From Podarcis melisellensis (lineage: Eukaryota), in NCBI GenBank assembly GCA_964234715.1, contig OZ174278.1: a stretch of 64,000 bases of DNA, one strand, 5' to 3'. Of this stretch, positions 9,399 through 21,533 are shown one piece after another (within the stretch, counting starts at the first letter, position 1; the number at the start of each line of letters is the position of its first letter). The translations under genes and the position numbers were made by a program. Below the pieces are notes generated by a model. That model was not told the DNA's origin. It worked only from the letters and a program-made list of their open reading frames with translations, and did not search any database.

Positions 9399-12278
9399 TT
9401 AGACTGGAAGCGAAAGGAAAGTCCAATGCTGTAAAGAAAAATATTGCATAGGAACCTGGAATGTAAGAACCATGAACCTGGGTAAGTTGGAGGTGGTCAA
9501 AAATGAGATGGCAAGAATAAATATTGACATCCTGGGCATCAGTGAACTAAAATGGACGGGAATGGGTGAATTCAGTTCGGATGACCATCATATCTACTAC
9601 TGTGGGCAAGAAACCCGTAAAAGAAATGGAGTGGCCCTCATAGTCAACAAAAGAGTGGCGAAAGCTGTACTGGGATGCAATCTCAAAAATGATAGAATGA
9701 TCTCGATACGAATCCAAGGCAGACCTTTTAACATCACAGTAATCCAAGTTTATGCACCAACTACTTGTGCTGAAGAAACTGAAATTGACCAATTCTATGA
9801 AGACTTACAAGACCTTATAGAAGTGACACCAAAGAAGGATGTTCTTCTCATTATAGGGGATTGGAATGCTAAAGTAGGGAGTCAAGAGATAAAAGGAACA
9901 ACTGGCAAGTTTGGCCTTGGAGATCAAAACGAAGCAGGGCAAAGGCTAATAGAGTTCTGTCAAGAAAACAAGCTGGTCATCACAAACACGCTTTTCCAAC
10001 AACACAAGAGACGACTCTACACATGGACATCACCAGATGGGCAGCATCAAAATCAGATTGATTATATTCTCTGCAGCCAAAGATGGAGAAGCTCTATACA
10101 GTCAGCAAAAACAAGACCTGGAGCTGACTGTGGCTCAGATCATCAGCTTCTTATAGCAAAATTCAAGCTTAAACTGAAGAAAGTAGGAAAAACCACTGGG
10201 CCGGTAAGATACAATCTAAGTCAAATCCCTTATGAATACACAGTGGAAGTGAGGAACAGGTTTAAGGATTTAGATTTGGTGGACAGAATGCCTGAAGAAC
10301 TATGGATGGAGGCTCGTAACATTATACAGGAGGCAGCAACGAAAACCATCCCAATGAAAAGGAAATGCAAGAAAGCAAAGTGGCTGTCCAATGAGGCCTT
10401 ACAAATAGCGGGGGAGAGAAGGCAAGCAAAATGCGAGGGAGATGGTGAAAGATACAGGAAATTGAATGCAGATTTCCAAAGAATAGCAAGGAGAGACAAG
10501 AAGACCTTCTTAAACGAGCAATGCAAAGAAATAGAGGAAAGCAATAGAATGGGAAGAACCAGAGATCTGTTCAAGAAAATTGGAGATACGAAAGGAACTT
10601 TTCGTACAAAGATTTCCATAATAAAGGACAAAAGTGGAAAGGACCTAACAGAAGCAGAAGACATCAAGAAGAGGTGGCAAGAATACACAGAGGAATTATA
10701 CCAGAAAGAAATGGATGTCTCGTATACCCCAGGTCGTGTGGTTGCTGACCTTGAGCCAGACATCCTGGAAAGTGAAGTCAAATGGGCCTTAGAAAGCACT
10801 GCAAATAACAAGGCCAGTGGAAGTGATGGTATTCCAGCTGAACTATTTAAAATTTTAAAAGATGATGCTGTTAAGGTGCTACACTCAATATGCCAGCAAG
10901 TTTGGAAAACTCAGCAGTGGCCAGAAGATTGGAGAAGATCAGTCTACATCCCAATCCCAAAGAAGGGCAGTGCCAAGGAATGCTCCAACTACCGCACAAT
11001 TGCACTCATTTCACACGCTAGCAAGGTTATGCTTAAAATTCTACAAGGAAGGCTCAAGCAGTATGTGGACCGAGAACTCCCAGAAGTGCAAGCTGGATTT
11101 AGAAGAGGCAGAGGAACCAGAGACCAAATTGCAAACATGCGCTGGATTATGGAGAAAGCTAGAGAGTTCCAGAAAGACATCTACTTCTGCTTCATTGACT
11201 ATGCAAAAGCCTTTGACTGTGTCGACCACGGCAAACTATGGCAAGTTCTTAAAGAAATGGGAGTGCCTGATCACCTCATCTGTCTCCTGAGAAATCTCTA
11301 TGTGGGACAAGAAGCTACAGTTAGAACTGGATATGGAACAACTGATTGGTTCAAAATTGGGAAAGGAGTACGACAAGGCTGTATTTTGTCTCCCTGCTTA
11401 TTTAACTTATATGCAGAATTCATCATGCGAAAGGCTGGGCTGGATGAATCCCTAGCTGGAATTAAGATTGCCGGAAGAAATATCAACAACCTCAGATATG
11501 CAGATGACACAACCTTGATGGCAGAAAGTGAGGAGGAATTAAAGAACCTTTTAATGAGGGTGAAAGAGGAGAGCGCAAAATATGGTCTGAAGCTCAACAT
11601 CAAAAAAACGAAGATCATGGCCACTGGTCCCATCACCTCCTGGCAAATAGAAGGGGAAGAAATGGAGGTAGTGAGAGATTTTACTTTCTTGGGCTCAATG
11701 ATCACTGCAGATGGTGACAGCAGCCACGAAATTAAAAGACGCCTGCTTCTTGGGAGAAGGGCAATGACAGGCCTAGACAGCATCTTGAGAAGTAGAGACA
11801 TCACCTTGCCAACAAAGGTTCGTATAGTTAAAGCTATGGTTTTCCCAGTAGTAATGTATGGAAGTGAGAGCTGGACCATAAAGAAGGCTGATCGCCGAAG
11901 AATTGATGCTTTTGAATTATGGTGCTGGAGGAGACTCTTGAGAGTCCCATGGACTGCAAGAAGATCAAACCTCTCCATACTGAAGGAAATCAACCCTGAG
12001 TGCTCACTGGAAGGGCAGATTGTGAAGCTGAGGCTCCAGTACTTTGGCCACCTCATGAGAAGAGAAGACTCCCTGGAGAAGACCCTGATGTTGGGAAAGA
12101 TGGAGGGCACAAGGAGAAGGGGACGGCAGAGGACAAGATGGTTGGATAGTGTTCTCGAAGCTACCAGCATGAGTTTGACCAAACTGCGGGAGGCAGTGGA
12201 GGACAGAGGTGCCTGGCGTTCTCTGGTCCATGGGGTCACGAAGAGTCGGACACGACTAAACGACTAAACAACAACAAC
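9399..12278 (+). mobile_element. Bov-B (RTE clade) LINE, near full length, 5'-truncated
   Basis: Single EN+RT ORF, very short 3' UTR with (CAA)n tail, 11-bp TSD AGACTGGTTTT at 9388-9398 and 12279-12289. Confidence 0.97.
9472..12267 (+). CDS. Bov-B LINE ORF: APE endonuclease plus reverse transcriptase (931 aa from the first Met; frame open from 9403)
   Basis: Motifs DILGISE, VIQVYAPT, IIGDWNAK, IDYIL, SDH (EN); QAGFR, FIDYAKAFD, GVRQGCILSP, LRYADD (RT). No stops or frameshifts. Confidence 0.96.
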   Translation: MNLGKLEVVKNEMARINIDILGISELKWTGMGEFSSDDHHIYYCGQETRKRNGVALIVNKRVAKAVLGCNLKNDRMISIRIQGRPFNITVIQVYAPTTCAEETEIDQFYEDLQDLIEVTPKKDVLLIIGDWNAKVGSQEIKGTTGKFGLGDQNEAGQRLIEFCQENKLVITNTLFQQHKRRLYTWTSPDGQHQNQIDYILCSQRWRSSIQSAKTRPGADCGSDHQLLIAKFKLKLKKVGKTTGPVRYNLSQIPYEYTVEVRNRFKDLDLVDRMPEELWMEARNIIQEAATKTIPMKRKCKKAKWLSNEALQIAGERRQAKCEGDGERYRKLNADFQRIARRDKKTFLNEQCKEIEESNRMGRTRDLFKKIGDTKGTFRTKISIIKDKSGKDLTEAEDIKKRWQEYTEELYQKEMDVSYTPGRVVADLEPDILESEVKWALESTANNKASGSDGIPAELFKILKDDAVKVLHSICQQVWKTQQWPEDWRRSVYIPIPKKGSAKECSNYRTIALISHASKVMLKILQGRLKQYVDRELPEVQAGFRRGRGTRDQIANMRWIMEKAREFQKDIYFCFIDYAKAFDCVDHGKLWQVLKEMGVPDHLICLLRNLYVGQEATVRTGYGTTDWFKIGKGVRQGCILSPCLFNLYAEFIMRKAGLDESLAGIKIAGRNINNLRYADDTTLMAESEEELKNLLMRVKEESAKYGLKLNIKKTKIMATGPITSWQIEGEEMEVVRDFTFLGSMITADGDSSHEIKRRLLLGRRAMTGLDSILRSRDITLPTKVRIVKAMVFPVVMYGSESWTIKKADRRRIDAFELWCWRRLLRVPWTARRSNLSILKEINPECSLEGQIVKLRLQYFGHLMRREDSLEKTLMLGKMEGTRRRGRQRTRWLDSVLEATSMSLTKLREAVEDRGAWRSLVHGVTKSRTRLND

Positions 12279-12802
12279 AGACTGGTTTTGAATGCTGTAA
12301 GACACTGTGGGAAGATAATTGTGCTGCGAATAGTTGTTCATACATTTATTAAATAAATAAATAAATAAAACCATCCATTGTAGCTTTCATTTGATGCATT
12401 AAAAGTGGGTGGGGTTTTATTAAAATTTACAGCCTGCCTTCTCACAAGCTCTCAGTAATAAGTTTGTTTTACTTGAAAGGGTTGAGGGAGCAAAATATGT
12501 TAAATGAGAATTCTTGGAAGCATAGATCATTGGTCCATCTAGATTAGTATTTTCGACACTGACTGCCATCAGCTCTCCAGGGTTTCAGGCATGGGTCCTT
12601 TTCACAGTTTGAACCAGGGACTGTTTGCATGTAAAACATGTACTGAACTCAAGCATAGAGCTGCTAAAAACAGCAGCAGGGAAGTGCTGTTGAGATATTA
12701 AGCTTGAATAGGAAATATCCAGCTGTGTAAGAGGCATGGTGCTTCCTGCACTGATGCTATCCCCAACACCCCCTTTTGTTTCAGCCCTACATTCTCTGTT
12801 CT

Positions 12803-13205
12803 TAGAATCATAGAATTGTAGAGTTGGAAGGGACCCCAAAAGTCATCCAGTCCAAGCCCCTGCAATACAGGAAATTCAGCTAAAGCATCCATGATAGATG
12901 GCCATCCAACCTCTGCTGAGAAATCTACAAGGAAGGAGAGTCCACAACCTCCCAAGGGAGATTGTTCCACTGTTGAGCAGCTCTTACTTTCAGAAAGTTC
13001 TTCCTCATGTTGAGTCGGAATATCCTTTCTTGGAGCTTGAAGCCATTGGTTCGAGCCCTAACTAGCAGAGCAGGAGAAAACAAGCTTGCTCCATCTTTCA
13101 TGTGACAGCCCTTGAGATAGTTGAAGATGGCTATCCTATCTCTTCTCAGTCTCTTCGAGGCTAAACATACCCAGCTCCTTCAACCGTTCCTCATAAGGCC
13201 TTCTT
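12803..13205 (-). mobile_element. CR1 LINE 3' fragment
   Basis: TAGAATCATAGAAT tail octamers and typical CR1 3' sequence. Confidence 0.85.
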
Positions 13206-14759
13206 GACCTTCCCATGTTGAACAGGACCCACTGTGCAATTGGAAACCCTGATAAAGTAGCATCTCTAGTTGTGCAGAGGTGTTCAAATGAAAATGGACA
13301 GAACCCCCCCCCCCCTTCAGACCTCCTTTGATCAGCAAGGCTAAAGACATGTGTGGGGAGGTATTAGTAGATCTCTGTCCACACACATTCTAATACTGGT
13401 CTTGCCCCATATTGACTGCAAACAATGCCTTCTGCAATATCTAAGTGAAATTTCAATGGCTTGGCTAAAGGATGAGGGAGTACAGATTGGCTTCTCATCT
13501 TAGAAGCTTTGCAATGTATGTCTCCATCTGTTTTGATAAAAAAAAGGTAGTAAAATAAGTTCCATCTTGATGCTTTCAGATCTCTCAATTGTGCATAAAG
13601 TAATTGATTTTAGAACTTTGGCTCCCTTATGTTTGGTACAAAAAATGAGGCCAATTTTCTAAGACGTCTAGGAGGTGTATGGTATTTAGAAGTAACAGAT
13701 GAATAGCTCTGCCAGGCTCCTTTATTTAAAGAGCTATAATTATATAGGAGCAGAAATTTTGATTTGAAAGCAGCTCAAAATGATGATTAACCTCAAAAAA
13801 CATAGCACAGTTGCTACCTTGGCCAAACCCTGGAGGCTGGTCAAAATGTTATTACTGTTTTCTTCTGTTATTTGGTCTTCTTCCCAGAACTACGTAGGAC
13901 AGTTTTTATGTTGGCACGTTCTGTTTCCGTGTTGTTCCATCATACTTTCCCCCCTATATTTTCTGTGAATTAGTAACTAAATACTATTGATGGTGGGTTG
14001 TTTGGAGGTTGGTTTTTTTTGCTCCTGGTGAGTTTGCAAATTATTTTGTGTTCCTTAATCAGTTTTAATCTCCAGTTAATCAGTAATGGAGAGTATTGAT
14101 CATGCTAGCATACCTCAGGAAATCTAACCCATTTTGAAACATAAAGTTAACCACGTCAGCTTTACCATTGGCATCAGAGTGCCGCAGGAAAGAGCTGGGA
14201 ACCTGGGCTGCATTGCCAACTGCCAGGGATCAAAAGAGACTGGCGCAAATACCAACATAGCCCTCATTTTATGTTGTACATTTGTGTGTAGATTAATTGT
14301 AAGCTGCATATTGGAAGCCAACGTCAGCTGAAGTGTGGGGGTGGCATAAATATAAGCCACAACATTTTGAGGGGAACAGGATACAGGGAGGCAGGAAAAA
14401 CAGGCAAGCTGAAGGCAACCTTGTCCATGCTGATTAACCCATCTGATGGGAAAAGGGGTGCAATCAGGGTGGCTCTCTGTGGAGCTCCTCTGCTCATGCT
14501 GGGTGCCTTCTGGATCAAGATGAGGAGCTGTGGCGATGGCTGCTCCCAATCTGCTCCATGGTTTGGCAATGCCACTGCAAGCTCCTCTTCTCAAGCTGCA
14601 TGCTTCCCAGCTAAAAAAAGGGATAGCCGAGGCAATGATAGTTTCCTCGTAGCCACCTCTAAAGAATCTCTTATGGGCCCCTCCAGACTCTGTTCTGCAA
14701 CGTGACATTGTTCCAATAATAGTTCCTTAGTGGTGGATTTACATTGCTTTATTCTATTT

Positions 14760-14895
14760 TATTATTATTACAGTATTGCATCCTTTTATCCAAGGAGCTC
14801 ATTTAATTCCCTCTTCCTCATTTAATTCCCACAAAAGCCCTGTGGGGTAGTTTCGGATGAAAGGCAGTGGGTGGCCCAAAGTCACCCAGTTGCTT
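14760..14895 (-). mobile_element. MIR/L2-tailed SINE fragment
   Basis: Similar to 3850-3975. Confidence 0.6.
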
Positions 14896-15422
14896 TGCAG
14901 TGCTTACTCAATGTCACCACGTTATTAGCATGGGATATATCTTAACTCTAACTAACGCATGAAGAAGGGGTTAAGACCATAGAGTATGCTGTCCTGCCTG
15001 GCTTAGCTAGATCATACCCCCTGAACCTTGGGTGGAAGAGCTAGCAAACCCTTTGTTCTCCCACTTTCCACTATTCTTTTTTACCATGTGACACCCACCA
15101 GTAAGGATAACGAAGCTGGATGCTCTAAGCCACCTTTCTGTTTCTATACATATAATTTAGAAGCATTTACCATTTTGAAACTAAGTTGTACTGCCTGTCT
15201 TTTCTTTCTGCTGTATGGAAAAGCACATGAATCTACTCTTTGCAGAGTTTGTAAGTAAAACATTTTTAACTTGTCAAATGTGGTCTCTTTCTATGCTAAG
15301 GGAAGTGGGGAGCTTTGGAGGCAACATAGAAGGGAATATTTTAAAGGTCTAACAGCCTATGTTTCTACGCTTTATTTTGCTATTTTAAATATCTGCTGGG
15401 GCTCTCTAACCAAAAAAAAATA

Positions 15423-16361
15423 GCGAATTTTTCGCTCTATAGGACGCACTTTTCCCCCTCCCAAAATGAAGGGGAAATGTATGTGCGTCCTATGGAGCGA
15501 ATGCAGGCTTTCGCTGAAGCCTGGAGAGCGAGAGGGGTCGATGCGCACCAACCCCTCTCGCTCTCAGGCTTCAGGAAGCTATCCGCAAGCCTTTGGAGCG
15601 CAGCGGGAGTGCCCACGGGCTCCCAAGGCTTGCAGACAGCAGCCTGCAGCCCGAAACCCAGGGAGTGCAGGGGAGCGCACCCCGGGCTTTGGGCAGATGT
15701 CTGCAAGCCTTCGGAGCGCAGCGGGAGTTCCCGCCGGGCTCCCAAGGCTTGCAGATGGCAGCCTGCGGCTTTTCAGGGAGGTGGGGGAATTTCCCCACCA
15801 CCTAGAAAAGCCAATAGAAGCCGCGCAGCCCCTTTAAAGAGCGCACGGTTTTTGCGGGCTTTTCAGGGAGGTGGAGGAATTCCCCCATCTCCTAGAAAAG
15901 CCAGTAGAAGCCGTGCAGCCCCTTTAAAGAGCGTGCGGCTTCTGCGGGAGGTGGAGAATACTCCCAGAGCTTGTCGGGGCTGGTGGGGGAAGCCCGGGCT
16001 TCCGCCGCCAGCCTCGATAAAGCTCCTGAGCAGTTCTGGGGTAGCCCGTGAAGCCTCCGCAGGGCAGCAGCGAGCCTTCATTCCGCTGCCCTGCGGAGGC
16101 GCTCTTGGGGGCTTTTACCCTAGGAGGGAGAAGGGCAGCTCATCACTGACTGGCTGCCCTTCTCCCTCTTCGGAGGAAAAGCCCCCAAGAGCCACACACA
16201 CGCTCCACTCATCTCATGAGAGGGAGAGCTGAGCAGAGCCTGGGATGCATACAGGCTCTGCTCAGCGCTCCCTTTAAATAATATTTTTTTCTTGAATTCC
16301 CCCCCCCTAAAAATTAGGTGCACCCTATAGTCCAGTGCGCCCTATGGAGTGAAAAATACGG
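15423..16361. mobile_element. Second, longer copy of the CCGTATTTTTCG family in opposite orientation
   Basis: Degenerate left TIR, right end GAAAAATACGG|TA; the first ~150 nt are the reverse complement of 8760-8916; the internal repeats differ. Confidence 0.9.
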
Positions 16362-17542
16362 TACTTGCCTCAAATTTGGATCTAGGCACCCAGGACATTC
16401 TCCTTTTATTGTATCAAATTTTTCCTTTTAACCAAAATATTAAAAACCAAAAATTGCCATCTGGAGGGGGGGCACTCTTGTGCTATAGTGCAACAAGCGT
16501 GAGACAAAAACAAACTCTTAACACTTGCAAAATACGGGATTTCAGCAGGAAGTTACAGGACACAAAACTCATTGGAAACGAAGCAGTATATCCACCATGA
16601 AACTTGCAGGAGCAAAGAGTGTTGAAAGTGGGATTACGTATAACTGCATATAACTGCCCCAATACCATCATGAGCACAAATCATCATGAATACACAATAA
16701 ACAGAATGTCTGGAGGGGCCCAGAGTGTTGATAGGAGCAAAGAGAAAGGGTAAACAAAGGGGGGTCCTCTTTAGTTTGACTTCTTTCTGTGCCACCACAA
16801 TCCTCCCCCCGTAAGACCTCAGTACTATTCAAAACGTAAGCACATTTCTTCAGGAAAGAACAGCTGCTGTGATCAGGATACTGCAAACTTCTGCACTGTT
16901 CTGAGACCTTGTGAAAACATTTTAGAAGTGTTTCTCTCCTGCCAGCGGCAAAACACGTTTACTGCCTTACATAACCCTTTGACAAAATAGTTTTTTTTTA
17001 CTTGTGTGAACCGGACCATCAAATTTGTGATGATGAAGTTCAGAAAGCTAATGAGAAACGAGGCTTAATTGCGATGTGGTGGGTTTGTCGTCATCTTATG
17101 GCTAAGGGAGTGGGGGTGGAATCTCTTAATTCCTCCTATCATGTTCTGCATATAGGCTGACTATTTTAGAGGGGAATACAGAAATTCCAGAGACCTGCAG
17201 CAAGAGTTGGCTGATTAGTTTAAATTAATGTATGAAAGCCAACCCACCTTCACTGCTGCTTCTCAATTCTTGACCTCTTAAGCGTTGCCAGGTAACAGAG
17301 CTGCAGTGACTGGAAGCCAGAGTTAGCAGGCAAGTACGGCAGCCATGCCAGGGTCTGGGCAAATTCTGTATCGAGCCATCCTGGTTTCATGGTTCATACT
17401 GCGCCCCTCCTGATGCTTCATTTATAGCACTATAGTACTGTATGTTCCAGGGTGGTCACACTTTTTCTGTCCACACCAGTGACAGGATGCATTCAGATTG
17501 CATTGTCTCCTTCCACCAACCAGTAAACGATCATGTTATGAG

Positions 17543-18516
17543 CATCATCATCATCAACCTTTTATGCGACCGTCAGTCAGAAAAAAGTACATTTGTCAAT
17601 ACACAGTTAAAAACATCCAGGAAGATTTTAAAACTTAGCCAGCACTAAAATGGGCTAAACAGATAGCCCCATATCAATACAGTCAATTATAGTCTTGCGA
17701 CGCTTAAAAGCTAAAAAAAGAAATTTGGCCACCAAGGAAGGTATAGCTCTAGTGACATTATTCAGCAAGTATAAAACCCGGTTTTCTCCAGGTAGGAAGC
17801 TAAATTGACATAGGAGTGGGTCTATAAAATTTTGTCTAAGCTCTGCATAAGAAGGGCAAGTCAAGAGAATGTGTTCGGTGGACTCAACCACACCCATGGC
17901 ACAATGACAGGTTCTCTGGGCGTATGGTACTCCCCTGTGCCTTCCCCACAATATCGCAGAGTCAAGGACATTTAATCTAGCCGCTGTAAGAAGTCTGCGG
18001 TATTCCACATAGTGGATTTCTGCAAGGTAGGGGGCTGGTATGGTCCGATAAATCTGGTCCCCTAGGAACATCCCTGGTTTTACCTGGGCTATGTCCTCTT
18101 GTCTGGCAATGTCAGTCAGTCTCCGGGAGATCACAGCTCTAGCTTGATTGTACGTCATAGACTCAAAGTAAAGGTGAGACAATCCGCGGGATTGAACCTT
18201 GTTAATGACCTCCCTTTCCCACGATGATTGGAAATCGTCCCTCGATATCAAGGGGGCAATACCCACTGGTTTAAAACAAAGCTTGAGCCATAGCCAGAGC
18301 TTCGCCTTCAAGGCCACATACCATAGAGCTTGCCAGCCGACCTCTAATCTCATAACCGCACCCGCTACTAAGGGGGGAATCCTAAGGATGGCTCTAAGGA
18401 ATCGCGTTTGAATAGAATCCAGTTTCAAAAAATCCCTACGGGAGCCTAAAGAGATGCCCACCAAAAGAAGGGGGAGGACTTTCATTTGAAAGAGTCTCAA
18501 AGCTATCTTCACTGAT
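17543..18516 (-). mobile_element. 5'-truncated non-LTR retrotransposon, RTEX-like, with open C-terminal ORF (17655..18560)
   Basis: Post-RT region plus a Cys/His knuckle (GRHRGVPYAQRTCHC...ESTEHILLTCPSYAELR), a short 3' UTR and a (TGA)n tail. The clade assignment is by motif recall. Confidence 0.8.
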
Positions 18517-19234
18517 TGAGCCTGATTCTTAGCATACAGAGCATGCACACAGATCACCAATTACCCTTGTGTGTGTTTGGTATATAACTCCTGGTATTCC
18601 AAAATTAGGTGGCAGGAACTACTTGAGTTCACTGTGTCGGTGAGCCGTCCTCACATTTTAGAGACTGCAGTGACAGGCTTCTGTCAAGAGATGCATAGAA
18701 ATGCCATGAAACCGAAGTCACTTAACATTCCCTGCCCCCACCACACACAAAAAGTGGGAAAGTGTGCAAAACTTTGCACACCATGAAAATATTGCGGAAC
18801 CGTATTTCAGAAATGTTGGGATTTGTGTGATAGAAGAAAAAGTGATTTGAAGGCATTATTGCAGAATAGCAATGGAATGATAATAGCTTGTATTGCTGGA
18901 AGATGCAGATGATTGACAGTGGATTCTCCTACAATAGTACTGGTATACAGTATATCATCTGAGGCATCTAGATATTACAGGTAATACAGGGCCAGACAGG
19001 TCACTTGCCTCATACAGAACAATAGTGCAATGTTCTTAAAACTAAATAGAAGACAAAGAGATTTAGCAACACAACCCATTTCACAGTGTTTTTCTGACAC
19101 TGCAGTAATTTTTAAATAAGTAGCCCTCACCGTAATTAAAACGCCTCTTGCTTCATTTTAATGGATTTTTCTACATGAGCTGTTAGTTCTGGAGGGCGAA
19201 ATATTTATTCATTGAGCACCATCCACAGGCAGAG

Positions 19235-19236
<2 letters not shown>

Positions 19237-19267
<31 letters not shown>
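19237..19267. repeat. (AC)15 microsatellite
   Basis: Direct reading. Confidence 0.97.
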
Positions 19268-19270
<3 letters not shown>

Positions 19271-19533
19271 GACAGGGAAGTGTGCAGTATTTTCCATTGC
19301 GTATACTTAACCTTACACCATCCTATAATCAAAAGTTAATTCCTATGGAGTTAAATGGGGCTTACTATTTAGTAAGTGGCAGCCTTAGACTAGGGCATTG
19401 GGGCTGGGATTGTGCTAGCAGAATATGGGGAAATATATTTTGAGGAGCTATCTGAAATGAGAGAGGCAACTTTACTTAGAGGTATTCTGCAAGACAGCAG
19501 CGGTATATGATATTAGGAGAGAAAGGATGGAAT

Positions 19534-19739
19534 TAGAATCATAGAGTTGGAAGAGACCACAAGGGCCATCGAGTCCAACCCCCTGCCAAGCAGGAAACAC
19601 CATCAGAGCACTCCTGACATGGTTGTCAAGCCTCTGCTTAAAGACCTCCAAAGAAGGAGACTCCACCACACTCCTTGGCAGCAAATTCCACTGTCAGGAA
19701 GTTCTTCCTAGTGTTTAGGTGGAATCTTCTTTCTTGTAG
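19534..19739 (-). mobile_element. CR1 LINE 3' fragment
   Basis: CR1 tail; ORF 19472..19684 reads LPRSVVESPSLEVFKQRLD (CR1 ORF2 C-terminus). Confidence 0.87.
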
Positions 19740-20185
19740 ACTTCTGCACCCTCAATTGTTTGAGGGTGCAGAAGTCTTTGGATGGCTGAGTGGAACTGGA
19801 AGGTCACAGGCAAGCATATGCTGGGATAGAAGATCAGGGCCCATCTGGTCCAGTATAACCTGCTGTCAGTGCCCAATCAGATTCTTACTGGAAGCACACA
19901 AGCAGACATGAGCACTATAGTGCTGCTTCTGTTAATGGAGGAAATATTACTGGTGCACTTCCCTGTATTTGTTAAGGAACTCCCATAGAACATTTGGTTG
20001 TTCTCCACTTTGGCCACATTTAAGCACAAAAGGTAGAAACCTTCCTATCTGCCCAGGCCTTTGGGATGCAAGCAACATTTTTTTTTTTTACGAGTCTATA
20101 ATTTTTACTCTCCACTACTGTTGCCTTGTTCTGTTTTCATATTCAGATACATTTTACTGTGCAGTGCTGCTTACCTGCCATATTG

Positions 20186-20653
20186 TATTATTATTATTAA
20201 TAATAATAATTAAAAAAAATATTTATACCCCACTCTCCCTGACCAGAGCTGGGCTCAGGGTGGCCTACACCAGTAAAATTACAGTAAAAAAACATAATAG
20301 GGGAAAAAAGCCCAATTTAAAATACAGGTTAAAGTGCAGCCTCATTTTAATAGTGGCCCATAGAGCAAAACCATGGGGGGGGGGGAACGACATAAGGGTC
20401 AGACTGAGTCCAAATCAAAGGCCAGGCAGAACAGCTCTGTCTTGCAGGCCCTGCGGAAAGATGTCAAGTCCCGCAGGGCCCTAGTCTCTTGTGATAGAGT
20501 GTTCCACCAAGTCGGGGCCAGTCCTGAAAAGGCCCTGGCCCTAGTTGAGACCAATCTAAGCGACCTTGCGACTTGGGACCTCCAAAATGTTGTCATTTGT
20601 GGACCTTAATGTCCTTCGCGGGGCATACCAGGAGAGGCGGTCCTGTAGGTAGC
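20186..20653 (-). mobile_element. L2 LINE 3' fragment
   Basis: ORF 20399..20596 reads RAFSGLAPTWWNTL...SFRRACKTELFCLAF (L2 ORF2 end); (TTA)n tail. Confidence 0.85.
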
Positions 20654-21527
20654 AGCTCCACACCCATTCTGAGGAAGAATGGGGTAAAACTGCAAGGAAA
20701 GAAATACTTCCTAGAAGACCACACGGGTTTACCACCTTTAGTCTGAAGTTGTTAGGAATGGCTTTAGATCTGCAGCCTAGTAAAACAGCACAGAGACCTT
20801 GTATGTGTTTGTTTTTAAGGTGTGAGAGAGGGTCTCAAGGTGGTCTAATATCAAATTAAAAATTAAATATAGGATCCCAGCTGTGCTGAAAATATATAAT
20901 TCCATGAATCATAGAATTGTAGAGTATTACAGAACTGTAGAAGGAGCAATCGCTGTGCAGGGATCGGCGTCTCTGCTTTCTGTTTCAAGCCTAGTTCTCA
21001 GCTAGGCTGTTCTCATGGCACAGCAAGTAGATGCTGTAGGTACGTTTGCTGGGTTCTAGAACTCAGCTTTACCAACTGACTACAACAGCAGTCATTTTTT
21101 GTCTGATCATCATTGAGAGGCCTCGGCACTTCCATGAAGTCAATCTAAGGGGAACTCTGGCTTCCCTTATTTCAGGCTCCCTGGTACAGAGAAAATCACC
21201 TGTAGTGTGTTCTGAGAGAGCTCTTTGTGTCAAACGGAAAAGGGAAGGAAGTTCTGGATTTGTGAAAGAATGATTGTGCCAGCAGTGCAGATCTACCAGT
21301 CTGCTCTGACTAAAAAGCATTGCATGTGGAATGAGAATGCCAGGGGTGCCTGGCATTAACTCCTGTCTGATACAAGCACCCTAAATTCCAGCATTTCTTC
21401 ATATATTTATTGCCTATAGCTTTTCTAAACGCAAGGCTCATTGATCCACTTTGCTGGAATCGTTTTCTCAGTATGTCACAACAATGAAATAACACTGAGG
21501 TACCAGAATCATTTTAAAATGCTTCTT

Positions 21528-21533
21528 TTTATT
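21528..21533 (-). terminator. Candidate distal polyadenylation signal AATAAA
   Basis: tttatt on + at 21528-21533, followed on the minus strand by GTGTTATTTCATTGTTGTG about 35-55 nt downstream. A second AATAAA lies at 21639-21644. Confidence 0.55.

Noticed and set aside
10230-12239. Long antisense ORFs 10230..10811 (193 aa) and 11298..12239 (313 aa)
   Set aside because: Shadow frames on the reverse strand of the Bov-B ORF; no independent motifs.
14124-14708. 194-aa ORF on the minus strand
   Set aside because: No recognisable domain or convincing splice context; probably chance or decayed repeat.
15437-16323. Cluster of overlapping ORFs up to 251 aa
   Set aside because: Entirely within a non-autonomous mariner-type element; no transposase motifs.
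1-21500. A neighbouring protein-coding gene downstream of MBNL2
   Set aside because: No recognisable host exons; all long ORFs here are retrotransposon- or MITE-derived.
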